From Raillietiella orientalis (taxonomy: Eukaryota), in contig JAYWIR010000006.1 in assembly GCA_036172245.1 (NCBI GenBank), positions 4,278,001 to 4,342,000 on the forward strand: a stretch of DNA of 64,000 bases, read 5' to 3'. Below the pieces are notes generated by a model. The model saw nothing but the letters and a program-made list of their open reading frames with translations. It was not told where the DNA came from and searched no databases. Positions 13,172-25,200 of the stretch are shown piece by piece. Every line of letters begins with the position of its first letter. The stretch's first letter is position 1. The translations under genes and the position numbers were made by a program.

Positions 13172-16100
13172 ACGGAAGGGGGAGAACCCGCCGGCCCGGG
13201 GCGGCGGGCGAGCGGGATAACAAGGAAATGCTTTCTTCCTGGACGGGAGAGCAGCCCTTTCGTTCCTTCCTTCCAGCGGAGGGGGGGGGGAGGGAGAGCA
13301 GCCTCTGAGAGAACACGGAAAGCCTCAGGCGAGAAGGTGGTCGCCTGGCGGCGGGCGGGTAGTTCACGCCACCGGGGGACGCCGGAACCTCCCGCGCCGA
13401 GGACGCTCCGCGGCTCCTCCTCGGCACACGGACTGCCGCCGATGCATCCCGGCGTCCGCGCCCTCAGGAAGTGCCGACGGGACGCGACGGAAGATCCAGA
13501 GGCGGCGAAACTCGGATTGGAGTCCTGGAAGGGGGGGGAGCAGAACAACTGGGCAGAGGCCTCCGTAGTCAGGGAAACCTGGGCGGACAGGCGGAGGCCT
13601 TTGCGGTCGCGCCGCTTCCTCCCCCCCCCTCCCGACGCTTCAGAGGCGCAGACCAAGAACTGCCTCTCTCTGCTCCTCCGTTCGGCTGCCATGGCGACGA
13701 TCCCATCCCGTCCCGCCTCCCGAACCGAGAGGGGTTCGATTAACGAAGGAGTCAGGGTGGACCGGTGGCTTGTAGGAGTTGCCGATTCCCGGCCTTGTCC
13801 CTGGGCAGCGCCCACTCCCCGGCAGGGGAGGACCACCCGGGTCTCTCGGGTGGGACAGACGGGGCAGCCATCTGACTCTTCGCCCCTCCGGGCGGCTGCA
13901 GCGCGGTCGGGGAGCGCTTGGCTCCTCCTCGTTGGGTCTCGTGAAGGCGGCTGCTCCTCGCGGCCTGGTCATGCCGATGGTGGAGACACCTGCGGGCCCC
14001 TTCGAACGCGCGCGTCTCTGGTCCCGCAGGGCGGCCGCTATCGGCGTTCGAGGGGCTTCCCTGGCGGCCGGTGGACCGCACGGAAGGCAAAACGAGCCAC
14101 TGTGGGGGGAAAGAAGATGGAAAAAAGACTGGCGTGGGGGGACATCTGGAGTGTGGGGAGGAGGGAAAATGTAAGCAGCCGCTTCCCACGTAACGGGAGC
14201 GGGGAAAAGGCTCCTACGGAGGAAGGGGTGGGAGCCCGGAATGGCGGGTTGGGGGATGGACGAGGTGGAATTGGAGAGGCGGACGAGCCCGTCGCCGCCG
14301 CCCTCCTTCCCCGCCACCCGCGTTTCCCTGGGCGACGGCGGCTCGTCCTCCGCCTGAACTACAACACCGGGCGGTCGCCCATCTCCTCTGCGCTTCTCCC
14401 CGAGGCTCAGGACTGGCGGCAGCGACCGCCGCTTCAGCGCGCGTGGCTCACGCGCGGTCTCTCCAAGGAGGCGTGGGGTGCCGGCGGGGCAGTTCGGGAG
14501 GGAGAGGTGGTGCGTTTGGGGTTCAGGGCCAGGGAGGCCGCCCTCTTCAGGGCATGTCCTCCTCCGGCGTGCCTTCGGGAGACGGGGGCGGCTGGATCCT
14601 GGGGAGGGACCGGGCGGCTGCGATCGAGGAGGATGCTGGCGAGGGAGATCTGAAGTCCTCGGGAACGCGATCCCGCTCCCTCCGCGGTCCCATGACGCGC
14701 GCCTGAGGGACAGCAGGCCGCGGGCGACGCCGGCAGCGGCGGCTGCCGGTGACCGCCGCCGCCGCTGCCGTGCCCGCTCGCGGCGGCCTCCGGCAGGAAG
14801 AGAGCCCGGAAAGGGTTTGGCGGGAGCGCTGCCGGGAGTTCGAGACCAGCTTCCCGACGCTTTCCCCAGGGAAGCCCTAAGCGGCATGGGCCGACAGTCC
14901 AAGCGGTCGCCTCCCGGCATCGTGGGCGAGCGCCATCCTTCGTCAGCAATGTGCCCCACTCGTTTCCGAATGGGCGCCCTCCCGGGAATCTGCCCAGTGG
15001 GCCCCCGCCACTGGTTGCGAGTCTCCTGGTCCGAGCGGCGGTCCGCCCCCTCCCCCTTCCAGCCCGCCGGATTCCCCGTCGGGTGGCTCGCAACTCCCGG
15101 TCGACCGCGGCCCCGCCGTGACCCCGGCAACCGCCTCTCCGCCAAACCTCTTGGAATTTTTCTTTTACTTTGCGGAGCGGGCGGCCTGATTTCGCCACGG
15201 ACCTTGCCGCCCGCTTGGCGTGCGCGCGCGGCACGAACTCCGCGCAGTTCGGGTCGCGGCGGCACATTCCATCCCGTGACCCGCGCGGACGTCGCATTCC
15301 CGGAGATCCCGAAGTCGCACGCTGGACGCGACCGCCGGAGCCTCCGTGTCTTCGGCGCGCCCCGTCGCTCGAGGATGCGCCCGTGGGGCTTCGAGCGGGC
15401 CGCCAATGGTGCGTGCGCGGGGCAGAGTCCAAAGCGGCGGCGGCGGCAGCGGCAGCGGCGCCGCTTGCTCCTTCCCTCAGTGGGCGCGGCGGCGGCAGCT
15501 GTGCATCTTTCCCACCAGTTTCCCATCGGTCCACCGCCTGCGGCGCAGCAGCAGCACGCGCGCACGAGGAGCGATCGCATACAGCCGGAACACGAGCGCG
15601 CGCGCGCCCGCTGTTTCCGACGGCTTCAGCAGCTGCTCTTGCGAGCAGCGCGCGGGAACTCTCTCTGACCATCCGCCGTCGCCGCTGCTGTCCGCAGATT
15701 TCAGCGCTGCTCCTCTCTTCTTCTTCTTCCTCCTCCTTTCTTTCTTCCTTTTTTTTTGGCCTTCTAAGCGTGAAGAGGAAAAGCGCACGGGCCGTTCCTT
15801 TCAGGGGGTCGTGATGCAATTACATCACCTCGCTGGCTGCAAGCATCCCTCCTCATGTGGTCCAAAAATACATTTGTCTTCCTGCTGCCCAACGCCATCC
15901 CTGCCGACAGCACGTGAGGAGCACGGAGAACGCTGTCATTACGGACGCCTCCTCGAACGTATTAAAAATTGTTTCCCCGAAGCTTAATTGGATTTCCTCT
16001 CCCTCCTCCCCCGCGATCCACTTCTGACTTTCCGAATTCCCTCGGCTCCCACCGCCGCCGTCGGTTTCCCAGGCCGGGCTCTCCCCGTTTCGGCGGGTTC

Positions 16101-16911
16101 GCTTTATTGGAGTGGAACACGCGGTAACGAAACTGCCGCTCGCCTCTTCCCTTTCCCTTTTTTTTCCTCCTCTTCTTCCTGCTTTCCTTCCTTTCTTTTC
16201 TTTTCTTTTTTTTTTTTTCTGCTCCCGTTCCTCCCGTTTTTGTCTCGTGGATTTCTCTCCAGCAAATCCGAACCCCCGCCGCCGTCTTCCTCGTTCCCTC
16301 CGACTCTGGAATTCTTAAGGCGTCTTCCGCCCGGCATTCGCGTCGGAGGAGCTCCGACTTTTACGCTTTCGATCAATCATCATCCCTCCGATTCGCCCGG
16401 CTGTCTCTGCCCCATCGAAAGGGAAAGGCAACCAAATTTCGGAACTGCCAGCTCTCATCACGGAGATTTTTGGTGCTTCCTCCAGCTTCCAGCTTTCGCC
16501 ACGGCTCCGCAGATGCGGCTCGGAATCGCAGCTCTTGAACGCTTGGTGGCTTCCGAAGTTGCAAAACGATCGTCCAGAATGCCACCGCCGCGCATGCCCA
16601 CATCACCCATGAATAATGCAGGACGGCGATAGCAGCAGCAGCAGCAGCAAAAACGGGAGGAAGGAAGAAGGGGGAGGCGTTTGCATGGAAGCAATTCGAG
16701 GAACACGCGCGGAATCGCAACCACGCGGGTGCATCTCCGACGGTTTCCCGTGGCAAAGAGGTGCAGAATATCTGCAGGCACAAAGAATCACTCGCTTTTC
16801 CGGTTAGCATGGCCCGCGTGGACAATGCAGCGCCCAATTTCCGGTGACGTGATCCGCACGCGTAATGAGGCTCCTCGCATCCGCCGCGTAAATAAAATGT
16901 CGAAAATTTCT

Positions 16912-16979
16912 AGGAATCCACCGAGATTGCATCTCTTCGATCTCTCGCGCCCAATCCTTCCGGAGCTCCTAAGGTTGCC
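16912..16979 (+). repeat. 68-bp inverted repeat, left copy (partner 19135-19202)
   Basis: AGGAATCCACCGAGATTGCATCTCTTCGATCTCTC...TAAGGTTGCC aligns without gaps to the reverse complement of 19135-19202 with 9 mismatches in 68 nt (hand count). Confidence 0.9.
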
Positions 16980-17064
16980 CGAACAATTTGCCGTGATAAT
17001 AAAAAGTTTTTGTAGTAAATAAACGCGCCACCTGCCGAATTCGTCGTTCCAATAAAAATCGTTG

Positions 17065-17239
17065 GCATAGTTCGCATTGTTGGCGGGTGTGAGCGCGGTC
17101 GCCTGCATAGTTCGCATTGTTGGCGGGTATGAACGCGTCATTTGCATAGTTCGCATTGTTGGCGGGTGTGAGCGCGGTCGCCTGCATAGTTCGCATTGTT
17201 GGCGGGTATGAATGCGTCATTTGCATAGTTCGCATTGTT
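17065..17239. repeat. Dimeric tandem repeat: 24-bp core with two alternating linkers, 79-bp period
   Basis: Core GCATAGTTCGCATTGTTGGCGGGT at 17065, 17105, 17144 and 17184, plus a partial copy at 17223. Linkers alternate between GTGAGCGCGGTCGCCT and ATGAAYGCGTCATTT. Confidence 0.95.
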
Positions 17240-17764
17240 ATTGCACGCAACGAAAGTTCTTGCAGGTGCATCGGTGGCTTGAGCGGTTTGCCATGGCGAC
17301 GAAAATTGTTATAATAAGTAAACGCTGCCACTTGCACAATCTCCGCTGCACAGAACCGAAAGTTCCTCCTGCAAGAGGATGTGTCAACTGAACAAATTAT
17401 CACTACATATAAAAAAAAATGAGAAGATAAATAAATAGGCTATTTGCACAGTATGCATTACTCTCAACAGAAACTATTGTAATGGGTAAAATGTGTCACC
17501 TGAAGCATTTCTCTTACACAACTCATTGGCATTAAAATTGTGCAAGTATCACTTCTGACAATAAAAAATTGTTATTGTTTGTGAATGAGTGCATCAGTTT
17601 CTCTCGGTCTGCTACGGCACATGCAAACTTGCGATGATGATAGATCAATGTGCCATTTGCACAGTTTGCCTTACCTCAAAGATTATTGCAACAAGTGAAC
17701 GTGACATATGAGCAATTTTTCATTATCACTATCAAGTGAGCAAGTTGCCATACACCCACCCACC

Positions 17765-17840
17765 CACACACACACACAAACACACACACACATATATATT
17801 TATGTGTATATATATATGTATATATGTGTGTGTGTGTGTG
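17765..17840. repeat. Compound microsatellite (CA)n-(TA)n-(TG)n
   Basis: Directly visible; the CA and TG arms are mutually complementary around a TA-rich centre. Confidence 0.9.
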
Positions 17841-19134
17841 ACAGGATGCTATATAAATGCGTTATTTGCACATTGAGCAGAACGAAAATTGTTATTATTC
17901 GAAGCGGATGCGTCAGCTGCGCAATTTGTTAGCACGTGCGTGATGAAAATTACTATAAGCAAGCGTTGTGACGTGCTCACAGAGTTCCACCACATATTAA
18001 ACCACTCGCAAATGCTTTATTGTGCATTTATCATCATTTATGAACGATGATAAATACGAGTGTTAATTTGCACAGCACCGGCGTTGCTCGCAGCAGCCAA
18101 AAGTTGCTGCGAGCGGCGCGTGGTCCAACCAATTTGTCACTGCACTGCATCACAAAAAAGAAAAAGAAAAAAAAAAAACATCACAACAAGCACAGTGTAC
18201 TTGTTGAACTTGCATCGCCGCGGTACAAAAGGTACCATTACGAGTACGCGCGTCCTCACGTGCACAATTTGCTATCGAAGATGATGATCATCATCGCGGG
18301 CGGAGCGGTGTCATTACGAGCTAAAAACCGTCATTGCGCGATGAAGATGCGCCAGCGAATTACTCGGGATGGTGACTGGCCGAATGCAGCGCGGAGATGC
18401 TGCGGCGGCGATGACGATCGGTCGGTAACGAGGCGGTGGTGTTTGATGGAGACGGTGCCGCGGAGGCTGGTGCTACCGTTTGAAGTGCGCTTTCTTCTCC
18501 GGCAAGAAGGGACCCTGACCCATTTTGAGGTACGCGGGCGCAGATACGATCTCAAGCGCTTCGGTGGAGGACTTCGGCGGATGTCCCCCCCCTCTCCCCC
18601 CCTCCCCACTCTCGCCGTCCCGCAGAGGTGGCTCACGGGTTAGGAGGCCCCGGGTGGAGAAGACGCACCCCTCCGCCTGCCGCGCAGTCTCGCGCGCGAT
18701 CGCCCGACAGATCGCCGGCGGCAGCGCACGCGTCCTTCCGCTCTGTCGTGGATTCCTGCCGCGGGCATCATCCGTGAAGTCGGAACGCGAACCGCCGTCC
18801 ATAGCCACTCCCGTTGAGGGCGTCTGCGTCCCCGCCACCACGTCCGGCGGACGGAAACCCCGTGGCCGTGGAATCTGCCGGGAGCCACCTCCGGGCGCCG
18901 TTCCCTCGCCGGCCCGTGCCGTGAGACCTCCCCTCCCTCCTTCCTCCGCGTCAGGCAACCTGAAGAGCGGTCGTTTCCGAGAAGCGGCGGAGCAGCCCGT
19001 TGACGCGCGCCGACCTTGAAGTCGTTTCCCTACAGCTCGTGGGTCATCTAGCATCTCGTCGGGAGACTCTGGAGCGTGCTCCTCGCTTCCCTGCCCCGCT
19101 CCCATGGGAGAGACTGGGGAGACGGTGGGTCTCA

Positions 19135-19202
19135 GGCAACCTTATGACATCCGAAAGGATTGGACTTGAGAGATGGAAGAGATGCAATCTCAGTGGATTC
19201 CT
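19135..19202 (-). repeat. 68-bp inverted repeat, right copy (partner 16912-16979)
   Basis: The reverse complement reads AGGAATCCACTGAGATTGCATCTCTTCCATCTCTC...TAAGGTTGCC. Confidence 0.9.
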
Positions 19203-22200
19203 GTTTCCGCAGAAACCGCTGCTGCTTTCGTTCCGTCTGCATCCCATGCCCCACCCCTCCCCATGAGCCACCAATGGGAGAGAACGGAGGAGGGGAAAGA
19301 AAAGGAAAGGGAAGGCAAGCCGAACCATCCTTCCGGTGTCGCTAGGAGCCCGCGCGCTCTTTCAGCCACCACGCCCCCCTTCGGGCGAGTTGAGCTGCTC
19401 GCGGTCGGAGGCATCTGTCTGCGCCTCCTTCGGCTCCTCGTCCTGGAAGAGATGAAAAGTACTCTCCACCCCTGATTTGCCCCTCGCGATCTTCCCATCG
19501 GCGCCTCGCGCTGCTGCTGCTCGCACAAATGGTCCCTGTAGGGTCCACACGTGCGGAACCGCCGGGCACGTCCCGGTCAGAGGCTCCTGCCCCCGTTCCC
19601 TAGAGGGAGAGCGCGCTGTCCCGCCCGACTGCCCCGAAGGCGGAAGGTGCGACCGGTCGGTTGGTCTGACGACGCTGGCGCGTTCGCGACTGCGGGCACG
19701 TGCAGCAGAGCCAGGAAGAGGGAGGCCTCTTGCCGTGCTGGCTGCTCAGACCCTTCCTCCCCTCCCCCTCAACCTCTCTTCATTTTCCCTCCGCGCGAAA
19801 GGATGCGCACGCCCGGCGGAATCCACGCAGACGGGATCCTCTTCAGCCACTTGCGTGCGCTCTCTTGCACCACCACCCCCTCCGCTCCGGGGCGTGGATG
19901 CTTTAAGCCTCCGGTTTTCGGGACATCCTCGCCTCCTCCCTTCTGTCCCCTCGTTCTCAAGGAAACTGCCCGTCTCCGCACTTGGCCTTAATCGCTCGGG
20001 GGCGCCTTTTTCGCGAGGCGGATTTCTGCCCTGCGCGTCGGTGAGGAAGGAAGCGAAGAAGGGAGTGAACGAAATCGCAGAAAGAGGAAGAAGGGAGGGA
20101 GGAGGAAAGGAGTAGGGGGGAGGTAGGGAGGGAGGAGGAGGATGCTTTTTCTGGCGATGTAGTTCGGAGTCTGGTGATTTCTTGAGCAGGGACGTCCCGT
20201 GTAGGGGTGTTGGCTGGAGGGAACGACCCGCTTGCGTCCATCTTAGGGAGACGAGGGCAACGGGACGAATATGAAGACGCGAGTCTTCTCGTAGGAAGAC
20301 GTGTCCTCCTCACTTGCCTGCCCAGCTTCCGTGGGAGGAATTGGGGAGACAATGGGCCTCCTCTTCCTTATTTGTATCACGAAAGGGAGACAGCGGAGGA
20401 TTTCGCGCGCCAGGCAGGACCCCGCGGTGCCTCTGCCGTCGTCCTCCGCTGCGATGCCTTCGGGATGGAATTACGGTCTTTCCTTGCTGGCGTCTTCCAT
20501 TACCCTCCCCCCGCCCCTTCCTCTTCTTGCCCAACGGCTGACAAATGAACCCCGGCTCTGGGTAAACGACGTCAGGGTCAGCGCGCGTCAATGGGCTGCT
20601 CCACAGCCACCGCTGCTGCTGCTGCTCCTAAACGACCCTCCCCCCCCCGTCCTCAGCTGCCGTTCTCGTTCCCCGCCTCGAGCCACTGCGACGACGATGA
20701 CGGAGTCCCCTGGCACTGACAGGGGGAGGAGAAACTTGCGGTCAGGACGTTATCGGCGGCGGCCACAGCGAGAGCTCACCGCCGCCGTCCGAGCAAGTGA
20801 CGTCACCGGCCGATATGTCACCTTGCGATACTCGGAAACCTCCGAAACCAATCGAGATATCGGGCTGGGGAGGAGGGGGAGAGATCGGTGGAACTACTCT
20901 TCGCGAGCGCTACTGTGGAGCACCTCCGGACGCGCAATATCTAAAAATAGATCGAGAAAACTGGCAGGGGAGTCCGACCTGCCGCCGTTGCACCTTCCCT
21001 GCGGCCCTTCCAGTGGGTGAGTCCGCTCGACCTCTTCCAGTCGAGCTGTTCCCAGGCTTCCCACCACCACCACCACCCCTCCCTGACTCCCGAGGAAGAC
21101 GGGAAGAGGAAGGAAGAGGGGCAGAAGAGACCGGGGTGAAGGCGGCGACCGCCCCTCCGATCCGTCTGCAACTCACCCGCGGCGGCCGAGGCGGCCCCAC
21201 CAGCGTCGCCGCGGCCCACGCGTGTCCCTGACGACCGTTGCGACGCGTGGCGGCAGACGAGCGCGATCTTAGACCGGTCGGCAGCAGCAGTCTCTCCTCT
21301 CTCCGCGACTCGGCCGCGCGCGCGCTCCCAGGCCGCCGCCCTCCCTGGCTTCGGCAGCTCCGATCGCCCACGTGGCCCAGGCAGAGCGAGGGGTGCCACT
21401 TTGCCCGGGAGCGATCCGAGCGGGCGGGTCGATCCAAGGGCGCGAGCGGCGGCCGCACGATCCGACCACGCGCACGCCCACGTGGACGTCCGCGTCGCCG
21501 ACGTTCCTCCAAGGTTGGCCGCCAGGTGCGCGCGTGCAGCGTTCTCACAGCCGCCGCTTGGAGGAGGGTGCGGACGCCTCTGAAGGGGGAAACGGAAAAG
21601 AAAGGGAGAAGGGGGGGAAAGCAGGCGCGTCTCCCACGCGCGCGAGTCGCCGCGGGCACCCTTGGCGTGAGTAGGATCCACGGCGGCACCCGCTGCACGA
21701 CCCGAGCGCCGTCTGCTGGTTCGACACCGCGCGAGGGCTCCCCGGCCCCTGCAGGCTCCGAAAACGGAAGGAAAAGGGGAAGCTGGTTCCAGCCAGAAGC
21801 ATTGGGTCTCCAGGAGCAGCGCCACCTACCGCAGAGGTGGAGGAGGAAAGGTGGTGGCTCCCAGCTTCGACTTCGGGTAGGCAGCTGAGGGCACAGCAGC
21901 CCGAGCGAAGAGACCCTCCCGGCGTCTTCCTCGTAGTTGCCCCTCCTCCCCTCCCCAGAGAATGAGCACAGTCACGCGGAGGGACGGTAGGCGGCGAGTC
22001 GGATGCTCCCGATGCGCTTACCAGCTCCCTCGACCTAGGCGACCCGGTCGCGAATGGGTGAGTACTGGTGGCCGCGATAGCTCCCACTGCATCCGACCCT
22101 TCCTGGACGGGAGCGAGCCCGGTAGAGCCGCCGCCGCTTCCCTTTCCGGGGGCCTGACGGCCAGCTTTTGATTTCTCCGTTTCCACGGAACAGATGTGCC

Positions 22201-25200
22201 TCGGGAAGGAACTCTGGGTCCGAGTCCGCACGATCCGCTCCGTGACCCCTCCCTTCGCTCTTCGAAACCGGGATGGAGGATATCGCCTTCTTCTAGAGAG
22301 GGGAGAAGAGGGGCAGGGAAGGAGGCTCCGGGGAACGCGCGCCGCTCTCCGAGCAGACCTTCACGAGACTCGTCGAGGCCCCAGTCCGGGCTTTCCTCCG
22401 GACGGTCAGCGAGCTGGCGACTTCCTGGAGGCGCCGAGAGAAAGCAAGGCGGCACTCGGCAGCGCACTTCGGAGCGGGAGAGGATTTCAGCGGGAGGCAG
22501 CGACCTGACCAGCTTTGTGCCCCTCCGAGAGCTGGACAGGACGGGAAGAAGAGCGGGAGGGCAGCCAGCGGGACTTCCACGGAGGGCCCTCGAACCCTGG
22601 AGAGCCCCTTAGAAAGTCGTTGCTCGGACCCCCTGCCGGGGTCGCTCCCACCCGCGCGCGGTTTCGACTCCTGCCTAGTCGGAGAAGACGTGGTCATTCC
22701 CGGAGTCGCCCCCGGGTGCACGCGAGGGTCGGTTCCTTTCTGCTGTTTTGAGTGGAGCGCCATCTCCGGGGGAAGCCACCCGTTCCCCTTGGGAGGAAAC
22801 TTGGGGATGCGGGTCAGCGTGGGCCGTCAAGGTCCATCTCATCCCCTCCCTCCATCTCTCTTCCTAAAACTCCGCGAGGCGATGGAGCCAAGGACCAAGA
22901 AGTGCACGTGAGGACCAATGCGGGCGACCGGGCCAGCTTCCCTGACGTCGTGAGGAGAGAGATGTCCCCCAAAAAGAGATCTCCCTTGCTTTCCCGAGTA
23001 TGCGGCCTGCTCCTCGAATTATCCAGGGGCGTCCGCAGGACTTTGTCCGTTCCCTTGCATGTTCCCTCGGTGAAAGACCTGGATTTTCTGCGCAATAGAT
23101 GGCGAGAGCGTGGTCGTTTTTGGTTCATCTGCCCCATCCTCCTTCCTTGAAGAGGGAATCCAGGGAAGGGAGGGAGGGAGGGAGGGAGGGAGGATGTTTC
23201 CTCGTCCCAGGAGCTCGCGCCTCGTTCGGTCTTTAGTTTTCCGCGGGTACCTTCAGGACGCCGGTGGATGCAGCCAAGAGAAATAGTTCTGCTTGATCTT
23301 GTCATGGCTCCCGGAATGCATTCCTGCTTAGCTCTGCATTTGCCTGGCGTTGTCGTAGAAGCCGGAACGGGCTTGCCTCCTCTCTCCATTCTCCATCAGA
23401 AATTACCCCTCGAAGGCAATAGGTAGCATCCGAAATGGGTTCTGACCGATTTCTTGGTACATCCGGATCATAAGTGGCAAAGATAAACTCGTACCTTCGT
23501 GTCCGCCATCGATACTCAAATGTATTGCACCTCCCAGAACTTTAATCGGCTATTCCAAGGGATTGCCAAAGAGCTGCGGTCGTGACGCGGGACTTGGATG
23601 TTGCGACAGATTCGACTCCGCCTTTTATTTTCTCGAGTTACAGAGTCTCTTGGTTATTAATTACACGGTACCGTTCTCAGCGGATTCTCCCCCACTATCG
23701 GACATCTGTTCCATTTTTTTTTTTTTTTTCATGTACAGGATGGGGGGGGGGGAGGGCGGGGGGGGGGAGCCCCAGTTCCATTCAGCTGCTGTGTGCTTTT
23801 GGCCTTTTACGTTTGCTATTTTGGGTACTCTGAAGGTTCCGATTTCCTCTACATTGTTAGACGACCACTCTCATTCTCGGCGCAAGAAAGCATTGTTGGA
23901 TGCCTGGCAACGCGCTCTCTTTCTCGATGCGGCAGTGCACTGCCAGCCGCTGAGAACCCATCATTGTTCATGCTTCGTATTTTTCTCTCGTTGCGAGTCT
24001 CGTTTTTTCGCTCGCATTCTCCTCGCCGATCTTCCAGCCTCTGAGCCGTAGCGTATCCGATCAGATGTGTTTCGATTCGCTTCCCTTTCGGGAGGTCTGC
24101 CGACAGCCGTTCGCCGCTTTAAATCCGCCTTGCCTTTCACTCGGTAACGTTCCTGGCTACCTTTGGGCTCGACCGATGCGTTTCCTGATGTCCTTTCTTC
24201 CTACACCACCTGGGAGCGCCCGCTAGCGAGGTGCACATTCACCCGGCTCCGCGCACAGTTCTCCGTCCCTCCGCCTTCCTCCTCGCTCCTGGGACGCGGG
24301 GTCGACGGACGTGGGGCGTCCTCCTCCCCGTTTGCCGCTGGTCGGCGCTTCCAGGAGCTGCCGTCAATCCTATGTCGCCTCTCTGAAGAAGCTCCTCCTG
24401 CTTCCACACGCTGCATCGAAGCCTTCAGGGCCCATCCGTCCCTCGGCTCGCCTTCCCCCCAGGATATGGTGGTGCTCGCTTGAGTGAGACATCGTCCCTT
24501 TCGCGTCTTCCACATTAGCATCGCCACGGACACCCGGCAGGAAGCCAGGAAATTGCACCTGGTCACGGCGACGATCCCAAAATTCTTGCATTCGACAATT
24601 TTGTTCGCCCTTTCAGACACCCTGTTGGAGAGCTGCCTTTCGACTTCCTGGCCCAGTCTAGCTGCTTCCCTCCGCCGGAACCGGAACGTGCCAGCGGATC
24701 GTGGCCCCTCCCCCCTCCGCGACTTCGACTGGAGATTCTCTCTCAAATCCCCTCCGTTGGGAGCGCTGGGGTCCACCGAATCGCCTTCCTCCAGTTTCCC
24801 GCAGGCCGAATCCCCTGCCCCTCAGCTGGGGCTGAGGCGTTGTTGAGCCAACAATAAAAGCGTCTTCTTGGGAGCAAGGGTTTCCTGGGTTCTTCACCCC
24901 GTCCCTTTTCGAAACAGCTGGTTTCCCAACAATCGAGATTCCCCCACTTTTCCTGCTCATTCTCCTCCTCAGACTTCCCCCTTTCCCCTTCCTTGCGCCT
25001 GGGGAGCTTCCTGGAGTTCCCAGAATGCTTTTCGGCTCTTCAACGAGGGCAGTGCCAGCGGCTTTCCTCTGAGAAACGAAACTCTCCTGGATCTGCTCCC
25101 ATCGCAAGCACTCCTTCCAGGATGCTGCTGGACCACCATTCTCGGGACTCTGCATCTGCTTGAAGCGAGCAGCATCCCCCTCCCATCCTTTCCCCTATGG

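Larger units (their letters stand above)
16990..18300. mobile_element. AT-rich island, possible non-autonomous transposon remnant
   Basis: Sharp drop in GC relative to the flanks. Contains the tandem repeat, the microsatellite, a recurring TTGCACA motif, a hairpin at 18081-18119 and an A-rich run at about 18153-18178. No transposase or target-site duplication was recognised. Confidence 0.4.

Noticed and set aside
13337..15819. Long overlapping ORFs (646 aa minus, 461 aa minus, 438 aa plus, 396 aa plus)
   Set aside because: Arg/Gly/Pro/Ala-rich, open in several frames at once, with no recognisable domain or convincing exon structure; expected in very GC-rich DNA.
17065..17239. CRISPR array
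   Set aside because: The linkers are only 15-16 nt and repeat in A-B-A-B order rather than being unique. There are no cas genes and the context is intron-containing eukaryotic DNA.
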